Positions 47,029 to 55,793 of a stretch of 64,000 bases of DNA are shown piece after piece. Position 1 is the stretch's first letter, and the number at the start of each line of letters is the position of its first letter. The position numbers and the translations under genes are program-made. Under the pieces are notes generated by a model. The model was not told the origin of the DNA, did no database searches, and was given only the letters and a program-made list of their open reading frames with translations. The DNA lies in contig JBGVCY010000052.1 of the NCBI GenBank assembly GCA_045119135.1, forward strand, positions 3,621 through 67,620, read 5' to 3'. Origin of the DNA: Eubacteriales bacterium (GTDB taxonomy: Bacteria; Bacillota; Clostridia; Oscillospirales; CAG-272).

Positions 47029-48656
47029 AGCTGATTTTTTACTATCTGACACGCACCGTCAAAAACCAAATTCGCAAGATTTTCCGCACGTGGGTGGCTG
47101 TTTTCCTTCTGGTCTGCCTTGTATTCGGTCTTTTGTGCGGTCTTGGCGCGGCGGCGCTGGAGTCGTTATTTGAGGACGACAGCGCGGACGAGGAGATCAC
47201 CGAAACCGTGCCCGAGGAAGAAGAACTCATACTGACCGAGGAAGAAAAAAGCGCCGTGCTCGAGCTGATCACGGGCGGCGTGGTGCTGGCGGTGCTGTTT
47301 TTCAGTGCCTTTCTTGCCGATAAAAACGGCGGCTCGATCTTTTTGATGGCAGACGTCAACCTCTTGTTTGCCGCCCCGTTAAAGCCCCAATCGGTGCTTT
47401 TGTTCCGCCTCATTATGCAGGCGGGTACTTCGATCATTGCCACCATTTATATCATCTTTCAGATTCCGAATCTGGTGATCAATCTGGGGCTTGGCATCGG
47501 CACGGGGCTTGCGCTGATCGGCGCGTGGTTCTTCCTGATGATCTACGCCAAGCTGATTTCGGTTCTGCTGTATACGCTCTCATCCACCTATCCGCGCGTA
47601 AAGCGCTGTCTGCGCCCCGCGCTGTGGGCGCTACTGCTTCTCATTGGCGGTGGCTATTGGCTGTCGGCACAAGGTGCAGAAAACTATTTTGTGGCGGCAC
47701 TTTCCTATTTTAACGCCCCCGTTACCCGCTATATTCCCGTGTGGGGGTGGCTGAAGGGATTTGTGCTCTTCGCCGCCGAGGGGCACATTGCGGGCGCACT
47801 GCTCTCGCTTGCCGCACTGCTTGTTGCGGCGGTACTGCTGGTGCTGGTGATCTGGCGCATCAAAGCCGATTTTTATGAGGATGCGATGGCACGCTCAGAG
47901 GAAACTGCCGAGCTGCAGCAGGCGGCAAACGCAGGAAAGGCACAGATGAAGCAACGTAAAAAGGATCGCAGCGAGCGCCTTTCGCGAGGCGGTCTGTCAC
48001 AGGGTGCGGGCGCCAGCGTTTATTTTTACAAGGCGATGTACAACCGCTTCCGCTTTGCGCACCTGCGCGTGTTTACCAAAACAAGCGAAACCTATCTGCT
48101 GTGTGCCGTGGGGCTTTCCCTGCTGTTGCTGTTCGTCATCAAATCCCCCGTGTTTGTCGTTGTTCCCCTGGTGCTTGGCGGTCTGAGCTTTTTCCGCTCG
48201 CTCGGCAATCCCATTGCCACCGATATCGAGAAGGAATCCTTTTTCCTTGTGCCCGATACCGCACACCGTAAGGTGCTGTTTTCCTTCGCGGCGGGCGTTT
48301 TGAACGCGGTGCTTGATCTGTTGCCCGCCTTTTTGGTGGCGTGCGTGCTGCTGCGCCCCGATCCCCTATCGGCGCTGGTGTGGTTCTTGGTGGTGGTATC
48401 GCTTGGTGCCTATTCGGATAGCGTGGGAATGTTTATCGACCTGTCGCTTTCCACGGGACTTTCGCAGATCGTCAAATCCCTTGTGCAGATCCTGTTTATC
48501 TATTTCGGACTGATCCCCGCGGTGGTACTGATCGTGCTGGGCTTCGCGCTTGATAAACTCTTGCTGTTCGCTCTGCTTTGTGTGCTGTTTAACCTTGCAC
48601 TGACCGCCATTTCGCTTACCGTATCGCCACTTTTTGTAGAAAACGGACGGAAATGA
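47025..48656 (+). CDS. Polytopic membrane protein, putative ABC exporter permease partner
   Basis: 543 aa, many TM helices, ATGA overlap with the ATPase gene. Confidence 0.78.
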   Translation: MKLIFYYLTRTVKNQIRKIFRTWVAVFLLVCLVFGLLCGLGAAALESLFEDDSADEEITETVPEEEELILTEEEKSAVLELITGGVVLAVLFFSAFLADKNGGSIFLMADVNLLFAAPLKPQSVLLFRLIMQAGTSIIATIYIIFQIPNLVINLGLGIGTGLALIGAWFFLMIYAKLISVLLYTLSSTYPRVKRCLRPALWALLLLIGGGYWLSAQGAENYFVAALSYFNAPVTRYIPVWGWLKGFVLFAAEGHIAGALLSLAALLVAAVLLVLVIWRIKADFYEDAMARSEETAELQQAANAGKAQMKQRKKDRSERLSRGGLSQGAGASVYFYKAMYNRFRFAHLRVFTKTSETYLLCAVGLSLLLLFVIKSPVFVVVPLVLGGLSFFRSLGNPIATDIEKESFFLVPDTAHRKVLFSFAAGVLNAVLDLLPAFLVACVLLRPDPLSALVWFLVVVSLGAYSDSVGMFIDLSLSTGLSQIVKSLVQILFIYFGLIPAVVLIVLGFALDKLLLFALLCVLFNLALTAISLTVSPLFVENGRK

Positions 48657-48665
48657 TTCAAAAAC

Positions 48666-48698
48666 AAAAGACCCGAAGCCGCGGCTTCGGGTCTTTTG
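48666..48698. terminator. Bidirectional terminator
   Basis: aaaaGACCCGAAGCCgcGGCTTCGGGTCtttt. Confidence 0.8.
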
Positions 48699-48699
48699 T

Positions 48700-49440
48700 T
48701 TAGGATGCATCCTCGTAGTTCGTATCCTCACCAAGGCTTGCCATCGCGTCACTGTCTAAATAGTCGGTGGGGTCAACGGCAAGACCGTTTACCGTCATTT
48801 CCACGTGCAGGTGCGGCTCCTCGGCAACCTCTACCATAGCGCTCTCGCCCACGGTACCGATCACGTCGCCCGCCTTCACGGCGGCACCGATCACCACTCC
48901 CTCAGGCAGCTCGGTCGACAGATTCTTATAAATGGTATAGGCATCGCCGCTGTGTGCTACTGCCACGCACTTGCCCATATACACGTCATCCCATACCTGC
49001 GAGATCACGCCATCCGCCATCGCCGATACGCTGGCGCCCGCCACCGTACCGATATCCAGCCCTACGTGCATGCGGTAATCCTTCATTGTCTCGGAAAACA
49101 CCTGCACGTCAACGTGGTGCGATTTCTGCAAAACCCCGTCAACGGGTAGCAAAAAACGGGTGGGAAGTGCGCCCGTTTCAGTGTCGCCCTTGTCGCCTTC
49201 GTCATCCCCGTCATCGGGATCGTCGGGCAGGTCGGGCGTTTCGTTCCCGTCATCATCGGGGTCGGTCACACCTGCGGGCTGACTGTAGCCTGCATCGTAA
49301 TCGTTATCCACGGCGCGGTTGGCGATCACGGTGGTCACAATGATCGCCGTCAGCACCAGAAACATTGCCGTTACCGTAATGGCAATGGCGCGTGCGCCCT
49401 TGTCCTCACGCAGCTTCATAAAAATATTGTTCTTTTTCAT
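48700..49440 (-). CDS. Membrane-anchored M23/LytM-family metallopeptidase
   Basis: N-terminal TM, acidic linker, then HVGLDIG...GKCVAVAHSGDAYTIYKNL...HLHVEMTVNG (HxxxD and HxH). Confidence 0.88.
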   Translation of the reverse strand: MKKNNIFMKLREDKGARAIAITVTAMFLVLTAIIVTTVIANRAVDNDYDAGYSQPAGVTDPDDDGNETPDLPDDPDDGDDEGDKGDTETGALPTRFLLPVDGVLQKSHHVDVQVFSETMKDYRMHVGLDIGTVAGASVSAMADGVISQVWDDVYMGKCVAVAHSGDAYTIYKNLSTELPEGVVIGAAVKAGDVIGTVGESAMVEVAEEPHLHVEMTVNGLAVDPTDYLDSDAMASLGEDTNYEDAS

Positions 49441-49557
49441 CGTTGCTCTCCTTTTTTTGTGCTGCTTCTATTTTTGCCACGTTTTCCACACTTATACGGC
49501 ATGGACAAAAATTTCTGCACAAAAACCGGATGCATCTCTTCCCCCGAAACGGTAAAT

Positions 49558-49586
49558 AAAAAACGCTCCCACGTGGGAGCGTTTTA
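49558..49586. terminator. Hairpin terminator, second copy of the ACGCTCCCACGTGGGAGCGT hairpin
   Basis: aaaaaACGCTCCCACGTGGGAGCGTttt, identical stem-loop to 6421-6450. Confidence 0.7.
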
Positions 49587-49591
49587 TATTT

Positions 49592-50461
49592 TTAAAGCCC
49601 CAGCAGGGCGGCAAGCCCTGTCAGGTCAAACAAGCATCCGAAAAGGATTCCCGTGAAAAGCAGAACGCCCGTCAGCAACAGATTTTGCTTGTGGTGCTTA
49701 TTGGTGCGGAACAGCACCAAGAGTCCTGCGCCCGCACCCGTGAGGAGCCCTGCCAGCATGGCACCACCCGACATGACACCGCGCGTCCAGAGCGTGGCGA
49801 TCAGCACCGATGCCGCACAGTTGGGCACAAGACCCACCAGCGCCGCGCACAGCACGCCCACCACGGGGATATCGGAAAGGAAGGCGCCGATGCGTGCCTC
49901 GCCGATAAATTCAAATGCGCCGCCGAGCAAGAGATTAATCAGGAACACAAAGCCAAAGATCTCTACCGTATGTATGAGCGACGACAGCCAGATGCCGCGC
50001 TCGCCGCAATGACAGTTTTCCTCGGCGCAAAGCTCCTCTACCTCGATGCCGTGCCTGTGATCGCGCATCAGAAAATCAATCAGGAAACCGACCGCCAGCG
50101 CCACCAACAGCTTGATGCCAAGCACCGCAAGGATGCGCGTGGGGGCAACACCCTCGCCCAAAAAGATGGGCAACATCTCGTCAGACGTAGCAAGAAACAC
50201 AGCAAGCAATGTGCCGGGGGTGATGACGTGACCCGCATAAAGTCCTGCCGCCGCCGCGGAAAATCCGCACTGCGGCACAAGCCCCAAAAGCCCGCCGAAG
50301 AAGGGACCCGCCTTGCCTGTTTTGGCGATCGCGCCCTTGACGCGCTCGCCCGCCTTATGCTCAAGCAATTCCATGGCAAGATAGGTGAGAAACAAAAAGG
50401 GCAGCAGCCACACCGAATCGAGAAGCGCGTGCTCAAATATATGCCAAAGGGTATGCCACAT
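49592..50461 (-). CDS. Polytopic permease, putative metal transporter (ArsP_2-like)
   Basis: 289 aa; GLVPQCGFSAAAAGLY and GLVPNCAASVLI repeated Cys motifs, and CAEENCHCGE in the central loop. The start overlaps the Fur-family stop by 1 nt. Confidence 0.7.
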   Translation of the reverse strand: MWHTLWHIFEHALLDSVWLLPFLFLTYLAMELLEHKAGERVKGAIAKTGKAGPFFGGLLGLVPQCGFSAAAAGLYAGHVITPGTLLAVFLATSDEMLPIFLGEGVAPTRILAVLGIKLLVALAVGFLIDFLMRDHRHGIEVEELCAEENCHCGERGIWLSSLIHTVEIFGFVFLINLLLGGAFEFIGEARIGAFLSDIPVVGVLCAALVGLVPNCAASVLIATLWTRGVMSGGAMLAGLLTGAGAGLLVLFRTNKHHKQNLLLTGVLLFTGILFGCLFDLTGLAALLGL

Positions 50462-50880
50462 TACGCTTCACCCCCCTTTGCCGCGCACTGCGCGCAGGTG
50501 CCGTACAGCACGCTCTGGCCGCGATCCACCGAAAAGCCGTGCGCGCGAAGGAGATGCTCTGCAATCTCACGGCTGCAGCCGCACTCCAGATGCGACAGCT
50601 CGCCGCAGACCGTGCATTGCAGGTGGAAATGGTGGTCGCAGGCGCGACCCGCGCCCACGTATTGATAGATGTAGCCCGCCTCGGCGCGGAATTTTCTGAC
50701 CTCGCCTGTGGCGCACAGCTCACCCAGCATACGGTAAACCGAGCTTTGCGCAGGCGCATCCTTCTCGCCCGCCAGTGCCTCGCAGATGGCTTCGGCGCTT
50801 TGCGGGGTGGCGCTTGCTTCTTTTTTTAAATATTCCAGCAGGCGCGTGCGCCCCTTGGTGTGATAGTGCTTTTTTTCCAT
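50461..50880 (-). CDS. Fur-family metalloregulator
   Basis: MEKKHYHTKGRTRLLEYL..., winged helix SVYRMLGEL, and CDHHFHLQCTVCGE...YGTCAQC Cys clusters. Confidence 0.88.
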   Translation of the reverse strand: MEKKHYHTKGRTRLLEYLKKEASATPQSAEAICEALAGEKDAPAQSSVYRMLGELCATGEVRKFRAEAGYIYQYVGAGRACDHHFHLQCTVCGELSHLECGCSREIAEHLLRAHGFSVDRGQSVLYGTCAQCAAKGGEA

Positions 50881-50893
50881 ATACGCTCCAAAT

Positions 50894-50908
50894 TGAGAAC
50901 AGTTCTCA
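50894..50908. promoter_or_regulatory. Palindromic operator (Fur-family box candidate)
   Basis: TGAGAAC-A-GTTCTCA, a perfect 7-1-7 palindrome immediately downstream of the -10 element. Confidence 0.6.
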
Positions 50909-50909
50909 T

Positions 50910-50938
50910 ATTGTAGCATATCGCGCGCCGTTTGTCAA
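50910..50938 (-). promoter_or_regulatory. Sigma-A promoter of the Fur-family/permease operon
   Basis: Minus-strand TTGACA-17 nt-TACAAT. Confidence 0.55.
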
Positions 50939-50941
50939 TAG

Positions 50942-50968
50942 AAAAAAGCCCCGTTTCGGGGCTTTTTT
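50942..50968 (-). terminator. Terminator of the DUF4430/S-component/phosphoesterase operon
   Basis: aaaaaaGCCCCGtttCGGGGCtttttt. Confidence 0.8.
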
Positions 50969-51461
50969 ACAGTTTTCCAAAGCCTGCCAGCATCACGCCG
51001 CCTCGCAGGGTGAGTGTTGCAAAGGATGCATCGGCATCGCCAAGACTGCCGGGGCAGACCACCAGCAAGGGCTTTTCCAGCATCACGCCGCCCACGGTGC
51101 TGCCTGCGGTCAGCGTTTTTTCAAACGGGATATGCGTGTGCCCGTAAAGCAGGGCATCTGCCCCCGCGCCCACGGCGGCACAGATCGCCGATTCCAGCGA
51201 ATATTTCACCCCATAGCGGTGCCCGTGCGTGAGGAAAAAGCGCAAGCCTCCCACCTCCTCGACACGGCGCTCGGGAAGATCCGCACTGCCGAAGAAATCA
51301 CAGTTGCCGCGCACGGCGCGCACCGAAAGATCGTCAGGAAGTGCATCAAGATCGCGCACACCGTCGCCAAGGAAAAAGACAAGATCGGGGCGCACGCGCT
51401 CTGTCAGTGCCGAAAGGCGATCGCGCTTGCCGTGCGTATCGGATGTTACCAGAATCACCAT
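50967..51461 (-). CDS. YfcE/MJ0936-family metallophosphoesterase
   Basis: MVILVTSDTHGK, FLGDGV, VRGNCD, THGH and GHTH motifs. Confidence 0.88.
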   Translation of the reverse strand: MVILVTSDTHGKRDRLSALTERVRPDLVFFLGDGVRDLDALPDDLSVRAVRGNCDFFGSADLPERRVEEVGGLRFFLTHGHRYGVKYSLESAICAAVGAGADALLYGHTHIPFEKTLTAGSTVGGVMLEKPLLVVCPGSLGDADASFATLTLRGGVMLAGFGKL

Positions 51462-51480
51462 TGTCTTCTCCTTTCTTTTG

Positions 51481-52062
51481 TCAGCGCGCCGCGCGCCGCT
51501 CCAGCCGTTGCATCAGCGCCGCAAGAGGGGTTACCAGCGTGCAGGCGGCAATATTACCAACGGCGTGCGTGATATCAAACAGCGAACCCGCCGCGATCCA
51601 CGTGATCATTCCCTTCACATCCAGCCCGAATAAGAGCGCCTGTGCGGGTGCATACAGAATGCCAAACAGAATACCGTGCAGACCGCCGATGACAAGATAG
51701 CAGACTGCCGTCGCCCACCGAGGCAAGCGACGGGGCACAAGCATGGTCAGTGCCCACGGCAGCAGCCACACGTAAAGGTATGGCAGCAGCCACGGCGAAA
51801 AGCCGTTGAACAAGAGTGTCAGCAGCACGAAGATGTAGATCGGCACCAACGCCTTTTTGCGGTACACCACGGTGAAGGTGATGATGAACATATCCAGAAA
51901 ATGAATGTTCGGTGCCCACTCCATCAGCAGCTTCGAGCAGAACATCAACGCGCCTAACATCGAAAACACGCAGAGCTCGCGCACCGAAAGCCACTGCCCG
52001 TGGCGCTTTTGGGGAGTCAGGGACGGTTCGGTCGCCCCTCTTTTTTTGGGATCAGAATTCAT
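51481..52062 (-). CDS. ECF-transporter S-component-like membrane protein
   Basis: 193 aa, about 6 TM helices. Sits between a DUF4430 lipoprotein gene and the phosphoesterase gene. Substrate assignment is inference only. Confidence 0.6.
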   Translation of the reverse strand: MNSDPKKRGATEPSLTPQKRHGQWLSVRELCVFSMLGALMFCSKLLMEWAPNIHFLDMFIITFTVVYRKKALVPIYIFVLLTLLFNGFSPWLLPYLYVWLLPWALTMLVPRRLPRWATAVCYLVIGGLHGILFGILYAPAQALLFGLDVKGMITWIAAGSLFDITHAVGNIAACTLVTPLAALMQRLERRAAR

Positions 52063-52480
52063 TTGTCTTCTTCAGCTCGTAGCTGTCGCCGTCCGAAATC
52101 TCAACGCCGTCAATGCCCGTGGGGGTGGCAACGCCATCCTTAAAGATGCCCCACCAATAGCCGCTGTCAAATTTGACCTCCATACCGTTGACCACCTCAA
52201 GCGTCAGACCGTAAGGTCCCTCGGTACCGTCGATCAGATCATGCTCGTCCATCGCCTCGCGCAGGGTGTCCTTGTCGGTGTGAATGGTAAAGGTCAGGGA
52301 TTGCTCCTCTGCCGTTACCACAACGGTAATGGTCTTCTCTCCCTTGCCGAATTCCTTGTCGCTGGTGTAGGTAGCATTTTCCCAGATGCCGGTTTTCTCA
52401 ACGTCGGCACACGCCACGAACGATACCGTCATAACAAGTGCAAGAATCAGCAACAACGCGGATGTCAGTGTCTTTTTCAT
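52052..52480 (-). CDS. DUF4430-type lipoprotein
   Basis: MKKTLTSALLLILALVMTVSFVAC lipobox, then ...GLTLEVVNGMEVKFDSGYWWGIFKDG. The upstream 85 codons of track ORF 52052..52735 cover the leader RNA and are rejected. Confidence 0.75.
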   Translation of the reverse strand: MKKTLTSALLLILALVMTVSFVACADVEKTGIWENATYTSDKEFGKGEKTITVVVTAEEQSLTFTIHTDKDTLREAMDEHDLIDGTEGPYGLTLEVVNGMEVKFDSGYWWGIFKDGVATPTGIDGVEISDGDSYELKKTNEF

Positions 52481-52563
52481 TTTTTGTTTTCCTTCTTTCG
52501 TTTTTTTGACAAAACGAATGATACAAAAAGCCCCCCACGGCGATAGCCGAAGGGGAGACACGC

Positions 52564-52770
52564 CAAAAAAACGGTGCCGAACTTCACCGTTTTTCGCAAT
52601 GTTCCCCCCAAAATTACCCGAGGGCGTTTTGCGGCACGGGACGATGAGCATTCCGACTTTGACGGTAATGGCTGTTGCGACGGGTTTGCACCGCACTTTC
52701 CTCATCCCCGCCCTGCCGCAGCAGGGCGATTGCACGGTGGGCGTTGCCCCCGTGCCGAACCGTGTTCACT
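52564..52770 (-). promoter_or_regulatory. Candidate cobalamin riboswitch with terminator
   Basis: Minus-strand read: GGCACGGG...CGCCCTGCtgcgGCAGGGCG...GATGAGGAAAGTGCGGTGCAAACCCGTCGCAACAGCC...AGTCGGAATGCTCATC...CCCGTGCC, then ACGGTGaagttcggCACCGTttttttt. GTTCGGCAC occurs in both the aptamer 5' arm and the terminator loop. Confidence 0.5.
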
Positions 52771-52801
52771 CTATTTTGTTGTCGCATATTGCGACATGTT
52801 T

Positions 52802-52830
52802 ATTATAGCGCGCCGCGCGCACCTTGTCAA
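52802..52830 (-). promoter_or_regulatory. Consensus sigma-A promoter of the riboswitch/DUF4430 operon
   Basis: Minus-strand TTGACA-17 nt-TATAAT, about 320 nt upstream of the first start codon. Confidence 0.6.
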
Positions 52831-53333
52831 GGGGTTTCCAACACCTCAAAAAGGACGATTGTTGCGCTGACTGTGGCGTTTGCGGCGGCGATCGGTGTGC
52901 CGTCCTCCTGCAGGGTCAAGGTAAAGCCTTCCCCCGTGACCACGCTGTGTCCTGCCTCGTCAAGCGAAACCTCTGTCACCTCGCCCCCGACAGGCAGAAG
53001 ATGTAGCAGGGGCAAAAAGCCCTCGGCGCTGATGCCGGCCACAGAAAGGTCTCCCACGGAAAGCGACAGCTCGCCCGCGGGCGATTGCGTCACCACCGTA
53101 CCCGAAAGCGATGCGGGTGCATAAAATGTGAGGGTAAGTGTGCGAACGCCATCGCCATTCAGTGCATCTGCTTCCAGCACCGCGCCGAACGGCACGCCGT
53201 TCATCTCCCCCGCGATATCGGCGCGGTACGCGCCGCGAAAGGGGGCAAACAAATCCTTTTCCCGATCGCACGCGCCGAAAAGGGTCAGTAACGGAATCAA
53301 GCAAAGGGTCAGCAATATGCGAATCACTTTCAT
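52827..53333 (-). CDS. Hypothetical lipoprotein (168 aa)
   Basis: MKVIRILLTLCLIPLLTLFGAC lipobox; the remainder is beta-rich with no recognised family. Confidence 0.65.
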   Translation of the reverse strand: MKVIRILLTLCLIPLLTLFGACDREKDLFAPFRGAYRADIAGEMNGVPFGAVLEADALNGDGVRTLTLTFYAPASLSGTVVTQSPAGELSLSVGDLSVAGISAEGFLPLLHLLPVGGEVTEVSLDEAGHSVVTGEGFTLTLQEDGTPIAAANATVSATIVLFEVLETP

Positions 53334-53437
53334 AAAACCACCTCGCCCAAGGGATGTAAAAAACTTTATGCCGCAAAATAAGCAAATAGACTTGTCACAG
53401 GACAAAAATTGTGCTATGATGAAAGGAGAGACAAGGC

Positions 53438-54532
53438 TTGAAAAAATCGGTTTTTTTAAAAACGAGAGTTTTTGCTACGGTCGACACCGCCGCGCTTGCG
53501 CGCAATTTCCGTCTGCTTTCGGCGCACGCGCCTCGCAAGCGCATCATTGCCGTGGTCAAGGCAAACGCCTATGGGCACGGCATCGGCATCGCGGTTCCCA
53601 CCCTGCTGGCGGCAGGCTGTCACAATTTTGCGGTCGCCACCCTTGACGAGGCGCTGGCGGTGCGCGCCCTTGCGCCCGATGCCGACATCCTGATCCTTGG
53701 CTATACGCCGCCTGTACACGCCGATATGCTGGCAGATGCGCGCCTTACGCAAACCGTCTTTTCGCTGGACTATGCCCGCGCGCTTGCTACGCGCGGGCGG
53801 CGCATTTCTGTACATCTGAAGATTGACGGCGGTATGTGTCGCCTCGGCTTTTCCCCCCGCGACAAGCGCGGGATCCTGGCGGCGCTTGCCTGCGCACCGC
53901 TGACTGCCACAGGCATTTACACCCACTTCCCCGTGGCAGACAGCAACCCCACCGCCACACAGCACGCTCTGGCGCTGTTTACCCGACTTCGTGCCGAAAT
54001 TTCGGCACACGGATACCCACTTTTTGCACACGCGGCGGCATCCGCGGCACTGCTGTCACTGCCCGACACCGCGCTTGACGGCGTGCGCCCGGGACTGGCG
54101 CTCTATGGCATTGCACCCGTTCAAACCTCGCTGCCGCTCTCGCCCGTGCTGTCTCTGCACGCGCCCGTGGTACAGATTCATCGCGTGCCGCGCGGCACGC
54201 CCATAGGATACGGCGGCGACTTTGTCACCAAGCGCCCGTCACGCATCGGCACCCTTCCCGTGGGCTATGCCGACGGATTCCCCCGCGCGATGCAGGGCTT
54301 TCCCTTAACGCTTTGCCACGCGGGCAAAGACTTCCGCATCTTCCCCGCAGGTCGCATCTGCATGGATCAGATGACCGTCGACCTGACCGACACCCCCGCG
54401 CGCGTGGGGGATACGGTAACGCTCTGGCGCGATGCCCGCGCCCCCGCCGCCCACCTTGATACCATTCCTTATGAAATACTGACAGCCCTCTCACCCCGCG
54501 TGACACGGCTGATCAAAGAGGAGCACCTATGA
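53438..54532 (+). CDS. alr: Alanine racemase
   Basis: VVKANAYGHG PLP-lysine motif and C-terminal GRICMDQMTVDL. TTG start after an AAAGGAGAG RBS. Confidence 0.93.
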   Translation: MKKSVFLKTRVFATVDTAALARNFRLLSAHAPRKRIIAVVKANAYGHGIGIAVPTLLAAGCHNFAVATLDEALAVRALAPDADILILGYTPPVHADMLADARLTQTVFSLDYARALATRGRRISVHLKIDGGMCRLGFSPRDKRGILAALACAPLTATGIYTHFPVADSNPTATQHALALFTRLRAEISAHGYPLFAHAAASAALLSLPDTALDGVRPGLALYGIAPVQTSLPLSPVLSLHAPVVQIHRVPRGTPIGYGGDFVTKRPSRIGTLPVGYADGFPRAMQGFPLTLCHAGKDFRIFPAGRICMDQMTVDLTDTPARVGDTVTLWRDARAPAAHLDTIPYEILTALSPRVTRLIKEEHL

Positions 54533-55341
54533 ACACATTTTACGAAAAGCAATATGATGATTTTCGCTGTCGCAAATACTATGCGGGCGAAAAGCGCCTT
54601 GACAAGGAGCCGCATATGCACTATCACATTGAGCTGGTCGCCCTTGCCGAGGGCAAGACCGAGGCGTATGCCGACACCGAGCGCTGTGTGATCGAGGGGG
54701 GCGATATCTTTGTTTCCTTCCCCAACGCCATTCACCGCTACATCTCGTACGATACCGAGCGCTTCTATCTCCTCTTCGTCAATCCCGACCTGATCCCCGA
54801 GCTTGCCGAGGTCTTTACCACGCTCCGTCCGACCACCGCATTGCTGAAGGGTGCGGCGCGTGACCCCGACATTTTCGGTCTGATCGCGCGGCTCTCGCGT
54901 GAGCAGGGCAAGGACGATGCCTTTGCCGCTGTGCGGCGCAAGGGGTATCTCCTGTCGCTGTTTTCCCTGCTGCTTGCCCGCATGGAGCTGGTGGAAAACG
55001 ATTCGGACGATCTGCACAGTCTGAAGGCGCTGGTCACCTATTGCACGCAGAATTACACCAAGGATCTGTCGCTTGCCATGCTTGAGGAAGAGCTGCACAT
55101 CAGCAAATACTACATCTCGCACCTCTTTTCGGACAAGCTGGGCATCGGCTTTATCGATTACATCAACTCCCTGCGTGTGTCGTTTGCCTGCCGTATGCTG
55201 CGGCACACCGATAAATCGGTGACCGAGATCGGCGGTGAGGCAGGCTTTGGCACGCTTCGCACCTTCAATCGCGCCTTTCAAAAGCAAATGGGCTGTACCC
55301 CCGGCGAATACCGCCGCCAACAAAAGGAGAACGTAACATGA
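54529..55341 (+). CDS. AraC-family transcriptional regulator
   Basis: Cupin-like N-terminus (HMHYHIELV), C-terminal HTH (LEEELHISKYYISHLF...IGGEAGFGTLRTFNRAF). ATGA overlaps on both sides. Confidence 0.85.
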   Translation: MNTFYEKQYDDFRCRKYYAGEKRLDKEPHMHYHIELVALAEGKTEAYADTERCVIEGGDIFVSFPNAIHRYISYDTERFYLLFVNPDLIPELAEVFTTLRPTTALLKGAARDPDIFGLIARLSREQGKDDAFAAVRRKGYLLSLFSLLLARMELVENDSDDLHSLKALVTYCTQNYTKDLSLAMLEEELHISKYYISHLFSDKLGIGFIDYINSLRVSFACRMLRHTDKSVTEIGGEAGFGTLRTFNRAFQKQMGCTPGEYRRQQKENVT

Positions 55342-55793
55342 AACGCATTGCATCCTTCTCGGTCGATCACGATAAGATCGTGCCCGGTATGTATATCTCG
55401 CGCATCGACGGCGATATCACCACCTTCGATCTGCGCACCCGCACGCCCAACGCGGGCAACTATATGGACAACGTCACCATGCACACCGTCGAGCATATGC
55501 TTGCCACGCTGCTGCGCGGGGGCGAGATCGGCGACAGTGTGATCTACTTCGGCCCGATGGGCTGTCGCACGGGCTTTTATCTCCTCACGCGCGATGTGGC
55601 ACCCGAACGGGTGCTGACGGTACTCAAAAAAGCACTTGCCGACACGGTTGCCTTTGCGGGCGCGGTGCCCGGTGCCAGCAGGCAGGAATGCGGCAATTAC
55701 CGCGAGCTGTCGCTGGATGCCGCCAAGCAAGAATGCGCCGCGTATCTTGCGGTGCTAGAGCAACACAAGGGGGATTTTTCGTATGCAGAATAA
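55338..55793 (+). CDS. luxS: S-ribosylhomocysteine lyase
   Basis: SFSVDHDKIVPGMYISR...HTVEHMLATLLR...GPMGCRTGFY. Confidence 0.95.
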   Translation: MKRIASFSVDHDKIVPGMYISRIDGDITTFDLRTRTPNAGNYMDNVTMHTVEHMLATLLRGGEIGDSVIYFGPMGCRTGFYLLTRDVAPERVLTVLKKALADTVAFAGAVPGASRQECGNYRELSLDAAKQECAAYLAVLEQHKGDFSYAE

